From Candidatus Micrarchaeota archaeon (GTDB lineage Archaea; B1Sed10-29; JAJSAI01): 31,454 nt of DNA. The notes beneath the pieces are model-generated. The model searched no databases. It worked only from the letters and a program-made list of their open reading frames with translations, and had not been told where the DNA came from. A program made the translations under genes and the position numbers. Below are positions 8,022-17,120 of the stretch, in pieces (positions within the stretch are counted from its first letter, which is position 1; each line of letters begins with the position of its first letter). The stretch is taken from positions 1 through 31,454 of the forward strand of contig CAZVAJ010000010.1 of the NCBI GenBank assembly GCA_964625085.1, read 5' to 3'.

Positions 8022-8798
8022 ATGAAACTATTATTCTTAGGAACAGGAGGGGGAAGATACGTTACTGCGACCCAAAAAAGAGCCACAGGTGGGATCGTGC
8101 TAGAAGAAGGAAAGTTCAGAGCGCTGATAGACCCTGGCCCCTGTTCAATATGCCGGATCCTTGAAAAACAGGTAAACCCGCGGTTTGATGCACTGCTTAT
8201 CTCGCATAAACACACTGACCATTCAACAGGCGCTCCCGCAGTAATCGAAGCCATGACAGGTATGACCAGAGAAAAAAGAGGTGTATTAGTATGCCCCCCT
8301 GAAATAAGCACTGGGGAGAACGGACAAAATCCTATGCTACCAGAGTACTATCTTTCATTATTATCTGAAGTAAGGACACTGCAGCCAGGGGATTCTATTG
8401 AAATAAACGGAATAAAAATCCGGGCGACCCCCACTCACCACGGCGAAAGCAAAGGGATAGGTTTTGTGTTCAATGAAACTCTCGCATACATAAGTGATAC
8501 AGGGTATTTCCCCGAGCTCACTGATGCCGTAAAAGGGGTGCCGTATATCATCATTAACCTTATAGGAGCAGAGGAAAGGGAAATACCTGTCTTGATGACC
8601 CCTCCAAGCGCGGTCAGGTTACTGAAAGAAACAAAGCCCAAAAAAGCAATAATCACCCATTTTGGCATGAACATTCTGAGAAAAGGGCCCGAGAATATTG
8701 CCAGAAAGATCCAAGAAGAAACAGGGGTGAGGATAATAACCGCAAAAGATGGTCTGGAAATAGATCTTAATAAAAGGGGGGTTATGGACTGGGCTTAA
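8022..8798 (+). CDS. Metallo-beta-lactamase-fold hydrolase
   Basis: FLGTGGG, IDPGP, SHKHTDH (HxHxDH), YISDTGY, ITHFG. Confidence 0.92.
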   Translation: MKLLFLGTGGGRYVTATQKRATGGIVLEEGKFRALIDPGPCSICRILEKQVNPRFDALLISHKHTDHSTGAPAVIEAMTGMTREKRGVLVCPPEISTGENGQNPMLPEYYLSLLSEVRTLQPGDSIEINGIKIRATPTHHGESKGIGFVFNETLAYISDTGYFPELTDAVKGVPYIIINLIGAEEREIPVLMTPPSAVRLLKETKPKKAIITHFGMNILRKGPENIARKIQEETGVRIITAKDGLEIDLNKRGVMDWA

Positions 8799-9283
8799 GT
8801 AACAAACAGAAAAAAAGGTTCCTGAAGATTGCAAGACCAAGATTAGACAAATGCATCTCGTGCAACAAGATCTTGTTAGAAAAGATCAAGAGGGGACTGA
8901 AAACAGGAGAAGTAGAAGAAAAGATTTTAGAGATGTTTCCAGACGCGTACCCCGGAGTAATGAAAAAGATAGGAGAACAAGATCCTGTTCTTTCCTATTT
9001 CCTGACGGACCATAATAAGGTAAGAATGAAAGCATACCAAAAGTTCAAAGAAGAACAGTACAAAAAATGCCTGGTGGTGCCCGGAAAGGTAGTGGGAGAA
9101 AAAGAAGGTCAGTTGATAATAGAAGGCCCTGACGGAACATACACCGCCAAAAAGAGAAAATCACTCCAAAAAGGCCGGTTCGTACTCATTCATGACGGAG
9201 AAGTGGTAGACCTACTGGACAAAAAAGAATACGAAAAAGCAAAATCATTATTCCTTAAAACACTAAAATCTGCCAAGGGCTGA
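8789..9283 (+). CDS. Hypothetical protein with C-terminal HypC-like OB fold; start uncertain (CTG 8789 or TTG 8873)
   Basis: CLVVPGKVV...GRFVLIHDGEVVDLLDKKEYE resembles the HypC pattern; the frame is open upstream to a TAA at 8771. Confidence 0.6.
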   Translation: MGLSNKQKKRFLKIARPRLDKCISCNKILLEKIKRGLKTGEVEEKILEMFPDAYPGVMKKIGEQDPVLSYFLTDHNKVRMKAYQKFKEEQYKKCLVVPGKVVGEKEGQLIIEGPDGTYTAKKRKSLQKGRFVLIHDGEVVDLLDKKEYEKAKSLFLKTLKSAKG

Positions 9284-9724
9284 AACCAGCCCTTCTTTGG
9301 ATTCTTGATCAAGCCCCCTCAACACCGCAGCAGGCCTACTTCCTGTTGAACCCGCAGTATATATCTTTATACTCTTCAAACCAAGCGCTCTTTCAAAAGG
9401 CCCCTCCATAACAAGAATATGCGTAATCTTGTTCAGGGGAATGTTCTTATGAACCTTAAAAAGAATGCCTTGCTCAACTTCCAGCCGGTTTTTATACAAA
9501 GTGTACTGGACTGTTCTCACGTAAAAAAATGCCCAGAAGTATGCAAAAAACGGGGGAACCACAAAACATGAAACAACAACCAACAGGACCGTTCCAAAAT
9601 CAGCATACTCTAAAGCGAGCGACAAAGCAAAAGGCAATGTAAAAACCACAGACAAAAGAGCAAGATAACTTCCAAGCTGCTGGAAAAGCAGGTCTTTCCT
9701 AACAATAATCTCCTTACCCGTCAT
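9263..9724 (-). CDS. Membrane protein with bacterial PH domain (bPH_2/DUF304, YdbS-like)
   Basis: Two TM helices followed by YTLYKNRLEVEQGILFK...IPLNKI...GPFERALGL..IKIYTAG. Confidence 0.85.
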   Translation of the reverse strand: MTGKEIIVRKDLLFQQLGSYLALLSVVFTLPFALSLALEYADFGTVLLVVVSCFVVPPFFAYFWAFFYVRTVQYTLYKNRLEVEQGILFKVHKNIPLNKITHILVMEGPFERALGLKSIKIYTAGSTGSRPAAVLRGLDQESKEGLVSALGRF

Positions 9725-9788
9725 GAACAAAGAAGGGGAAGTAATGTTTTTAAGCATTCGCATCCTTTACAGTACAAGGTGAACAAAA

Positions 9789-10130
9789 GTGGTTGAAGAA
9801 GAAAAGGATACAACAGATGAAGGTCTTGTCTTCCCAAATGCAGTCATAGTAAGAGAACTAAAAAAACACATTGACAAGGACAAAATGATAAGAAAAGAGG
9901 TAAAGGTCGGGGTCAACAAGTTTTTAGCAGAGATCCTGTCAGACATAGCAAAGAAAATGAACGAATTCCCGTACGCTACAGTTGACTACAGAATGTTCGA
10001 AGAAGCAATAAGACCATACAAGAAAGTTAAGGAACTAGACAAGGAAAAAGAACGGATGAAAGCACACCTCGATGTGATAATACAAGACTGTCAGAGCATT
10101 CAAAGAGACCTTGACTCAAAACTGTCCTGA
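9789..10130 (+). CDS. Histone-fold protein with C-terminal coiled-coil extension
   Basis: LVFPNAVIVRELKKHI...IRKEVKVGVNKFLAEILSDIAKKM...TVDYRMFEEAI matches histone alpha1-alpha2-alpha3 spacing, followed by a ~38-aa heptad helix. Confidence 0.65.
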   Translation: MVEEEKDTTDEGLVFPNAVIVRELKKHIDKDKMIRKEVKVGVNKFLAEILSDIAKKMNEFPYATVDYRMFEEAIRPYKKVKELDKEKERMKAHLDVIIQDCQSIQRDLDSKLS

Positions 10131-10143
10131 AAACCCCCTTTTT

Positions 10144-10611
10144 CTATAAACTCCTTATCAAAGACTCTGTTCTTTCGTTCAGCAGCTTGCCGGTAACCGC
10201 ATCAAACTCAAGTATTATTACGCCCAGCTTGTTAGTAAAAGAAACAACCTTCCAAACAGGATGAGCCTCCTGCCTAAGCGCGATTATCTCTTTAGTCACA
10301 ACTTGATTATATGCTGAAACAATTTCTCTTGCTTTATTCATGATTTCCTGGGGTCCAATGTTAATCTGGGAAAATTTTATCTCCTTGTATTCCTTAAAGT
10401 TAGGCGCTTTTGCTTTTTCCATTCTAACAGATTCAGAAACAAGCACGTTGATGACTTCATTATCCCCCTCTACGGAGTATATAATTGTCCATTTTTTGAG
10501 TTCTTCTGACTCAAGGACACAGATGGCTGAAGAAAACCGATAGTCTCCTGGCCATTTTTCACGGGATTTCATTGCATTATTCGCTTTTTCCACAGCCTGA
10601 AAAAAGTCCAT
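10144..10611 (-). CDS. Hypothetical protein with PepSY-like C-terminal motif
   Basis: PVWKVV...ILEFDAVTGKLL is PepSY-like. Confidence 0.55.
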   Translation of the reverse strand: MDFFQAVEKANNAMKSREKWPGDYRFSSAICVLESEELKKWTIIYSVEGDNEVINVLVSESVRMEKAKAPNFKEYKEIKFSQINIGPQEIMNKAREIVSAYNQVVTKEIIALRQEAHPVWKVVSFTNKLGVIILEFDAVTGKLLNERTESLIRSL

Positions 10612-10664
10612 GCTGTTATTTATTCCGAAATCGTTTTTATACCTATCCTGAGTAAAGTGAGCTT

Positions 10665-12479
10665 ATGGGCGAGGAGATACCAGCTCTAATAAAAACAGTA
10701 AGAGCAACAAACTACCTAAAAGAGCTTCCCAGTATGAGAACCTCATTTGCAGGGATAATTCTTCTTTCAATTGCGTCAGGAATAATTGCAGGAATGTTAT
10801 CAGACAAGGGCATACTATCAGGCCTTCTTTTAGGAACCTGGATAATCTTTATTCCCTCAATAATAACCATACCCCTGTCCTGCAGACTGTCCCAAGTACT
10901 CTCAAAGAAGCTGACGTGCAAAAGATCAGCATACTTGGCAATGTTTTCCTCAATAATCCTCGCAGTGTTCCTTATACTAGGAACACTGTTTACAAGGATA
11001 AATCCTATCATGAGTATCAATCTTATACTGTATGGGTTTGTTTTCGTGCTCGCGCTAAGAGCATTCGTGTTAAGGGCCACACACCCTTACACGAACATAG
11101 GCATAATGACCCTTGCATCAGTTCACTTTGTTATAGGTCTGATCGCATTATACTACGCGCCATACCTGGGGATACTACCCGGGCAGATAGCACTTGCATC
11201 ACTGATCATAAAATCGATTCTTCCCCTATCAATTATCTTTGGTGGGATGATATTCTTTTTCGCCCTGTTAAACGCCCCTATGAAACGAAATTTCAATGTA
11301 GACGCGATAAGTTTGATATCCTCATTTATAGAACACTGGTTTGACAAAACAGACCTGCTGGAAAAACGGCTGAAAGCCTTCTCTGAAAAAACAGACACGA
11401 TAGTTGGCGTGATAGCATTCCGGACAAAAAAGGGTTTGAAAGCATTATACCTGGTCCCGGTAGTGCACCCAGGTCCTTTTGGTTTTATAGGTGGCGGAAA
11501 ACTAACCAAACACATAGTAGAACATATCGAACCAAAAACAGGGGCAACCGTACTTATAGGCCATGGGACTGCCACTCATGACCTAAACCCGGTAGACACA
11601 GAATCCTTAAACAAGATAAACAAAGCAGTACTCGAGAATATCAAGAACATAAAATACAGTGATAAAGGAACTTCACCAGTTAGAGTAAAAGAAGAAAGTT
11701 ATCAAGTGCTGGGAATAAAGCTTGATAATACAATACTTGCCGTGTCAACATTTTCACCAAACCCAACAGAAGACATTGACGCGTCAATTGGTCTTGCACT
11801 TTCCTCTGAGATGGGTGGAGGGAAAAACAAAGTTGTGTACGCTGACGCGCATAACTGTTACTGGAGCGGCAAGTATGCAATATTCTCAGGAAATTCCAAG
11901 GTTTTCATGATGCTTGGGGCAGCGAAAAAACTCAAGACAGCCCTTTCAAGGAAAAAACCCAAAAACATAAAGGTTGGCGTGTATGTGGACCCTCTGAAAG
12001 AGTACTCCCTAAAAGAAGGAGTAGGGCCAACAGGCCTTAGGGCTCTCGTAATAGGTACTGGGGATACTAAGACCGCGCTAGTAATATTCGATGCAAATAA
12101 CATGAAAAAAGGCCTGAGAGAAAAAATATTGGAACAGATCAAAAGGATGGGCTTTGACGAAGCAGAAGTGATGACAACAGACTCTCATTGCGTTAACAAT
12201 GTGAGAGGCGGAGAAAACCCCCTCGGCAAAAGGATCCCTGAAAAGGAGATAATCAAAAGGAGTGTCACCGCAGTCAAAAGAGCATTGGAAGACATGGAGC
12301 CTGCGGAAGTGGGTGGGGAGATAATAAAGGTTAAAGGTCTAAACGTATTTGGCCCTCAGAAAGCTGCAGAACTAACCGCAACAATAAACTCAGTCATTGC
12401 CATGATAAAAATAGCCGGGCCAGTAATAATGGGCTTCTCATTAACTGCTAGCCTTCTTGCTATAATGGCAATAGGATGA
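10665..12479 (+). CDS. DUF2070-family membrane protein
   Basis: Multi-TM N-terminus plus VHPGPFG, HGTATHDLNP, DAHN, DANN and TTDSH motifs. Confidence 0.88.
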   Translation: MGEEIPALIKTVRATNYLKELPSMRTSFAGIILLSIASGIIAGMLSDKGILSGLLLGTWIIFIPSIITIPLSCRLSQVLSKKLTCKRSAYLAMFSSIILAVFLILGTLFTRINPIMSINLILYGFVFVLALRAFVLRATHPYTNIGIMTLASVHFVIGLIALYYAPYLGILPGQIALASLIIKSILPLSIIFGGMIFFFALLNAPMKRNFNVDAISLISSFIEHWFDKTDLLEKRLKAFSEKTDTIVGVIAFRTKKGLKALYLVPVVHPGPFGFIGGGKLTKHIVEHIEPKTGATVLIGHGTATHDLNPVDTESLNKINKAVLENIKNIKYSDKGTSPVRVKEESYQVLGIKLDNTILAVSTFSPNPTEDIDASIGLALSSEMGGGKNKVVYADAHNCYWSGKYAIFSGNSKVFMMLGAAKKLKTALSRKKPKNIKVGVYVDPLKEYSLKEGVGPTGLRALVIGTGDTKTALVIFDANNMKKGLREKILEQIKRMGFDEAEVMTTDSHCVNNVRGGENPLGKRIPEKEIIKRSVTAVKRALEDMEPAEVGGEIIKVKGLNVFGPQKAAELTATINSVIAMIKIAGPVIMGFSLTASLLAIMAIG

Positions 12480-13594
12480 AGAAAATGAAAATAGGTTTTT
12501 TCACTGAAACATATCATCCTCAATCAAACGGGGTTGTTACAAGTATAGACTCGTTTGGATCCAGGCTTGTTAAAAAAGGGCACAGCGTAGACATCTTTTG
12601 CCCCCAACCAAATGCTAGAAAAATACATGGGATGCATATCCACAGTTTCCGTGCCTTGAAATTCAAACCTTATCCTGAATTCGGGCTTGCCGTACCAATC
12701 AAGAGAAGGATACCTAAACTTGATATAGTACATACTCACGGCCCCTTTACAATGGGCGTTCTTGGCTTAACAATAGCAAAAAAAAGAAAGATACCTTGCG
12801 TGTCAACATTCCATACCCTTCTACCAGAGTATGTAGGATACCTAACAAAATCCAGCCAGATGCAAGAGTTCCTGAAAATAACAGCATGGTCATATCTCAA
12901 GATGCACTACAAATGGTACGATTTAGTGATAACCCCCAGCAACTCAATAAAAGGGATAATTGAAGAGAAACTGAACGTAAAAGAGTGCAAGGTGTTGCCG
13001 ACAGGAGTGGATATACAAGAACTTCGTCCGGCAGCAAATGCACGAAAAGCTCTCAAGATAGCGGAAAGCGAGAAAATACTCTTATTCTTGGGAAGGTTAT
13101 CATACGAAAAAAGCATAGAGGATATCATAAGAGCCATGAAAAAGCTTCCTGAACACACTCTCCTAATCGCAGGAAAAGGACCTGCAGAAGAATTCCTGAA
13201 GCAAGAAGCCAAGAAGAACAGAGTAGAGAAAAGAGTAAAGTTCCTTGGTTTTGTGCTGGAAGAAAAGAAGAACCAGTACTATTCTGCTGCTGATGCATTT
13301 GTAATGCCGAGTAGAACAGACACCCAAGGGCTTGTTGTACTAGAAGCGATGGCATGCGGCTGTCCTGTAATCGCAGCAAATGCTCTTGCACTTCCAGAGT
13401 TTGTAGAGCACAGAAAGAACGGATTGCTTTTCAAGGCAGGATCATCCTCAGACCTAGCAAAACAAGTATTGGAAAACTGGGATATCCTCAAAAAACTGCG
13501 GAAGCATGCTAGAAAAACTGCTGAACAATACTCTGCTGACAAGATGACTGAAGAACTTGAAAAGACATACCTGGATCTAACCTCCTCTTTCTGA
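12476..13594 (+). CDS. Glycosyltransferase family 4 (GT-B)
   Basis: FFTETYHPQSNGVVTS, GRLSYEK, DTQGLVVLEAMACG. Confidence 0.93.
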   Translation: MKKMKIGFFTETYHPQSNGVVTSIDSFGSRLVKKGHSVDIFCPQPNARKIHGMHIHSFRALKFKPYPEFGLAVPIKRRIPKLDIVHTHGPFTMGVLGLTIAKKRKIPCVSTFHTLLPEYVGYLTKSSQMQEFLKITAWSYLKMHYKWYDLVITPSNSIKGIIEEKLNVKECKVLPTGVDIQELRPAANARKALKIAESEKILLFLGRLSYEKSIEDIIRAMKKLPEHTLLIAGKGPAEEFLKQEAKKNRVEKRVKFLGFVLEEKKNQYYSAADAFVMPSRTDTQGLVVLEAMACGCPVIAANALALPEFVEHRKNGLLFKAGSSSDLAKQVLENWDILKKLRKHARKTAEQYSADKMTEELEKTYLDLTSSF

Positions 13595-14275
13595 GTAACT
13601 TGTTCTATTCTCCTTCAACAGGTATATTCTAAAAAATGCCTTAAGAAAAATCAGGGTCATTTTAAAGTAACCATTCTTCTCAAACCTGCGTGTGCTTGTA
13701 AAAGCAATGAGTTTTCTGTCCCAAACCACTTTTCCATACCTTTTTGCCCTGTTCCCAAGTTCGTTATCCTCTAACGCGAGAAGTTCTTGCTGAAATCCAC
13801 CCATTTTCCTGAAGGTGTCCTTTCTGAATATCATTTGCGGGCCTTGAAACTGGTAAAACTTAAACAGGGCAGTGATTGACGCGAGCAGATCTGTGGACAG
13901 CAGGTATACCACAACATCCTTCAGGTTCCCTTCCAAAGGTTTCAAAGGTCCGCTGGCAGCAACCACCCTAGGGTCAGAAAAGATCTCACGCACTCTTTTT
14001 ACCCATCCTTTTCCGATAACAGCATCTGCATCCACAAAACACAACAGGTCGCCCTGTGCTACTTCCGCCCCCTTATTCCTGGCAGCCCCCGCCCCCTTTG
14101 GCTTCTGTAACAAGACTTTTGCACCAAGACTCCTAGCAATCTTCCGGGTATTATCCTTGCTGTAGGCGTCAACAATGATCAACTCAGAATCAGGAGCCTG
14201 GGCCTTAATCTCTGAGATGCACTGTCCAATGAACTTTTCCTCGTTCATTGAGGGAATTATAAAAGAAAGCTTCAG
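13577..14275 (-). CDS. Glycosyltransferase family 2 (GT-A), probable CTG start
   Basis: ELIIVDAYSKDNT, GAGAARNKG, FVDAD (DxD), LEDNEL. The canonical N-terminus (M)KLSFIIPSMNEE requires a start at CTG 14275-14273. Confidence 0.88.
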   Translation of the reverse strand: MKLSFIIPSMNEEKFIGQCISEIKAQAPDSELIIVDAYSKDNTRKIARSLGAKVLLQKPKGAGAARNKGAEVAQGDLLCFVDADAVIGKGWVKRVREIFSDPRVVAASGPLKPLEGNLKDVVVYLLSTDLLASITALFKFYQFQGPQMIFRKDTFRKMGGFQQELLALEDNELGNRAKRYGKVVWDRKLIAFTSTRRFEKNGYFKMTLIFLKAFFRIYLLKENRTSYSERGG

Positions 14276-15447
14276 GGTATCACTTCCTTGTAAAACTCGT
14301 AGGTTTTCCTAGCGATTATGTCCCAGTCAAACTTTTTCTCTGCGATCCGCCTGCTTTCTTTCCCCATTCTTTTTCTTAATGATGGATCAGAAAGCAGGGA
14401 ACTGGTGTATTCTGCAAGCTTGCTGACATCCCTCATTTTGAACACAAACCCGTTCCTGCCGTGCTCAACTATTTCAGCGTTCCCGCCTGCGTTGCTGGAA
14501 ACAAGGGGCACTCCGCAGGCAAGAGCTTCAAGCAGGGAGATCGGAAGAACTTCCCATAAGGATGGAAGGACGTAAACGTCTGAAGCGGAGTATAATGCAG
14601 GGAGTTGTTCTTCAGGAATGAATCCAGTAAACTTAACATTGTTTTTCAGACGTTTCTTTTTCACTAGCTTCATCAAGCCAGGTTTGGATTTCCCCTTGCC
14701 GGTTATCAAAAGCACGGTGCTCGGGTTCTCCTCAAGTATTTTGGGCATGGCCTGAATAAGGTATTCCACGCCCTTTTGTTTTATCAACCTGCCAAGGAAC
14801 AACATCACGTTATCATAACCATCGGCAAGATCCTGCCTGAGATCGCTTGAAACTGGCTTGAAAAAGTTCGTGTCAACCCCGTTATGTATTACTCTTATTT
14901 TTTCCTCGTTAATCTCGTGATAGTGGGATATGTCCTTCTTTGCAGCATGGCTTACTGAAATGATCGTGTCTGCCTTTCCAAGAAGCCGCGCACCATAAGC
15001 ATGATCAAAAACAGTCCCGATTACTGACACGGGCAGGGAGATGCCTAAAGGCCGCTGGTTGTGCAATGTCATGAAAAACTTTTTTCCATTGGCATGGGCG
15101 TATTTCTCAGAATACCCAAAGTCAGGGAACCATCTTCCGTGCAAGTGAAACGCGTTATAATCAAACTTTTTATCAAACTCACGTATTGCTTTCCTGGCTT
15201 TAGGAGCAAGAGTGAGAGGAGGAGGGTAAATGAGAGGTGCTTTTATGAATGTTGCAGGGATTCTGTGCACGTGAACTCCTTCCAATTCCTCCTCTTCAGA
15301 AGTGCCATCCAAAAGAGAGGTTATCACGTGCACGTCCATTTTTTTAGCAAGCCGCCTGCTGAGCTCATACATGTGCTTTTCCACACCACCGGTGTAAGGG
15401 TGGAAAAATGCGTTAACCAGGCAAAGTTTAAGCATTGTGTTCACCAT
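14272..15447 (-). CDS. Glycosyltransferase family 4 (GT-B)
   Basis: FHPYTGGVEKH, IHNGVD, GRLIKQKG, EVLPISLLEALACG; start is ATG 15447 or 15435. Confidence 0.93.
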   Translation of the reverse strand: MVNTMLKLCLVNAFFHPYTGGVEKHMYELSRRLAKKMDVHVITSLLDGTSEEEELEGVHVHRIPATFIKAPLIYPPPLTLAPKARKAIREFDKKFDYNAFHLHGRWFPDFGYSEKYAHANGKKFFMTLHNQRPLGISLPVSVIGTVFDHAYGARLLGKADTIISVSHAAKKDISHYHEINEEKIRVIHNGVDTNFFKPVSSDLRQDLADGYDNVMLFLGRLIKQKGVEYLIQAMPKILEENPSTVLLITGKGKSKPGLMKLVKKKRLKNNVKFTGFIPEEQLPALYSASDVYVLPSLWEVLPISLLEALACGVPLVSSNAGGNAEIVEHGRNGFVFKMRDVSKLAEYTSSLLSDPSLRKRMGKESRRIAEKKFDWDIIARKTYEFYKEVIP

Positions 15448-16382
15448 CCCAGGATAGATCGTACAATCCCGTACGCAACAGCTATGATAATAAGGATCAG
15501 AAGCAACTTCCATAATTCAGGGGGAATGATGTTTCCAGAAGCGGAAACTGATTTTTCTATAACCACCTTTGTTGAAGATTTTTTAGCTTTGGATTTTTCA
15601 GACGCGCCTTGGCCCCCTCCTCCAGGTTCAGCCCCTACTGCCTCGGCCTCTTTTTCAGGTTTTTCTTCAAGCGTTCTCTTCTTCTCGGTCTTTTTTACAG
15701 TTGCTTTAGCCAAAGGGATCATTTCACCTTCAGCAATCGCATCCAGGATTATATCTGCGAATGCCTCGTTTCTCATGCCCTGGCTTGATCTAGTGTGAAT
15801 ATCTGCGATCAAAACACCTGAATAGTCTCCTATAACATTCGCTTTAAGAGAAGGATACTTGTCTTGCAGGATATTCAACTGTTCTTTAGTGACCATCACC
15901 CTGACAACCTCAGGCCCTTTCCCCGCCTTACCTAACTCTCTTATCACTGAGCTTTCCTCAACTTTTTTCAGAACGTCCTCAACGTAGCCTGTTTTTGATC
16001 TTTTAACCACATCCAGCCTAAGCACTACTGTTCCTTCTTTTGTTCCGGGAGACATCTTAGAAACCATACGAGGGTACTTTTCCAGCCATTCTTCTGCAGT
16101 TTTTTCATCAACTTCAACAACAAGCGCAGGCCTGCGGCCTTTCTTAGAGTGAGCTATTTTTTGAACCCCTTTTTTAAGCTCAAAAGATTCTGACAGTTTC
16201 CTTTCCTTAACTTTGACCCCTGACTCCGCTTGGATTTTTTCAAGATCCGAACCGTACTCTGCATGTGCCCTTTGCACCATCTCTTTCCATTCTTTCACTT
16301 TCTTGGAATAGTCCGGACCGTAAATTCTTTCTTTTGCCTTGACCTCCTTTTTTGGTTGTCCTTGGGTACGCCTTCTTGCCAT
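15441..16382 (-). CDS. Basic protein with internal duplication and C-terminal membrane anchor
   Basis: MARRRTQGQPKK N-terminus; two KYP-containing segments; low-complexity linker; terminal TM LWKLLLILIIIAVAYGIVRSILGW. Confidence 0.7.
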   Translation of the reverse strand: MARRRTQGQPKKEVKAKERIYGPDYSKKVKEWKEMVQRAHAEYGSDLEKIQAESGVKVKERKLSESFELKKGVQKIAHSKKGRRPALVVEVDEKTAEEWLEKYPRMVSKMSPGTKEGTVVLRLDVVKRSKTGYVEDVLKKVEESSVIRELGKAGKGPEVVRVMVTKEQLNILQDKYPSLKANVIGDYSGVLIADIHTRSSQGMRNEAFADIILDAIAEGEMIPLAKATVKKTEKKRTLEEKPEKEAEAVGAEPGGGGQGASEKSKAKKSSTKVVIEKSVSASGNIIPPELWKLLLILIIIAVAYGIVRSILGW

Positions 16383-16443
16383 CAGTTATAATACAGAATG
16401 CATCCTTTAAAAAGTGTGCTCACATTATATTATCGGTGGTTGT

Positions 16444-16764
16444 ATGAACGAGCTTCAAGAACTAGCTCATGCGCTGACACATAGGGCAAGGGCCTGTTAC
16501 TTTACTGTCGTAGGAAACCAGCGGGTACACGCTTATTCGATGATAGCAGGGCTTGCTGATTTGGAGTCCAGATTGTATGCATGGAACCAGGATTACTTAT
16601 CAAAGGACATAGAAAAGATGATTGACACCTGCGAAAAATGCATAAAAACCACGCTGGTAACCGGAAGATGCTACAAGTGTTCTAAAGATCGACTAGAAGA
16701 ACTTGAAAGAGAGTTCTCACAAATCCCCTCATCAAAGTGGGAAAAACTTAAACATGAAGACTAG
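16444..16764 (+). CDS. Hypothetical protein with CxxC-x9-CxxC putative metal site
   Basis: CEKC...CYKC; ATG at 16444 after GGTGG. Confidence 0.65.
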   Translation: MNELQELAHALTHRARACYFTVVGNQRVHAYSMIAGLADLESRLYAWNQDYLSKDIEKMIDTCEKCIKTTLVTGRCYKCSKDRLEELEREFSQIPSSKWEKLKHED

Positions 16765-16799
16765 AAAAGATTTTTATAGCCAGACCTTGTGATGATATC

Positions 16800-17120
16800 A
16801 TGATCCAGGATGCAATCCTATTAGGTGCACTAAACTTATTTCTGCTCATAGTACTACTGATCATACTAAAAAAATATCTGTCCTTAAAACCAGCACCAAA
16901 GGAAGAACATTTTGAAAGCAGTAAACTAGAAAGAATAAAACAGGTAATCGAAAATCCAGAAGAACCGTCTGAACCTCATGCACAGGAAATCAGCGAGACA
17001 AAAGCACTCATCAGAGGAATGGTCATCGCAGGAAAAACCGATCAAGAAATAATCACAGAACTCAAACGGAGAGGAATAAGCAACAAGGATATAACGGAGC
17101 TAATGGGCGGGAAACAATGA
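16800..17120 (+). CDS. Small N-terminally anchored membrane protein
   Basis: N-terminal TM helix; C-terminal GKTDQEIITELKRRGISNKDI helical motif; ATGA overlap with the next gene. Confidence 0.7.
   Translation: MIQDAILLGALNLFLLIVLLIILKKYLSLKPAPKEEHFESSKLERIKQVIENPEEPSEPHAQEISETKALIRGMVIAGKTDQEIITELKRRGISNKDITELMGGKQ

Noticed and set aside
15061..15798. Long antisense ORFs (also 2179-2871, 20695-21351, 27025-27924)
   Set aside because: Ser/Phe/Leu-rich mirrors of K/E-rich sense genes, with no motifs.
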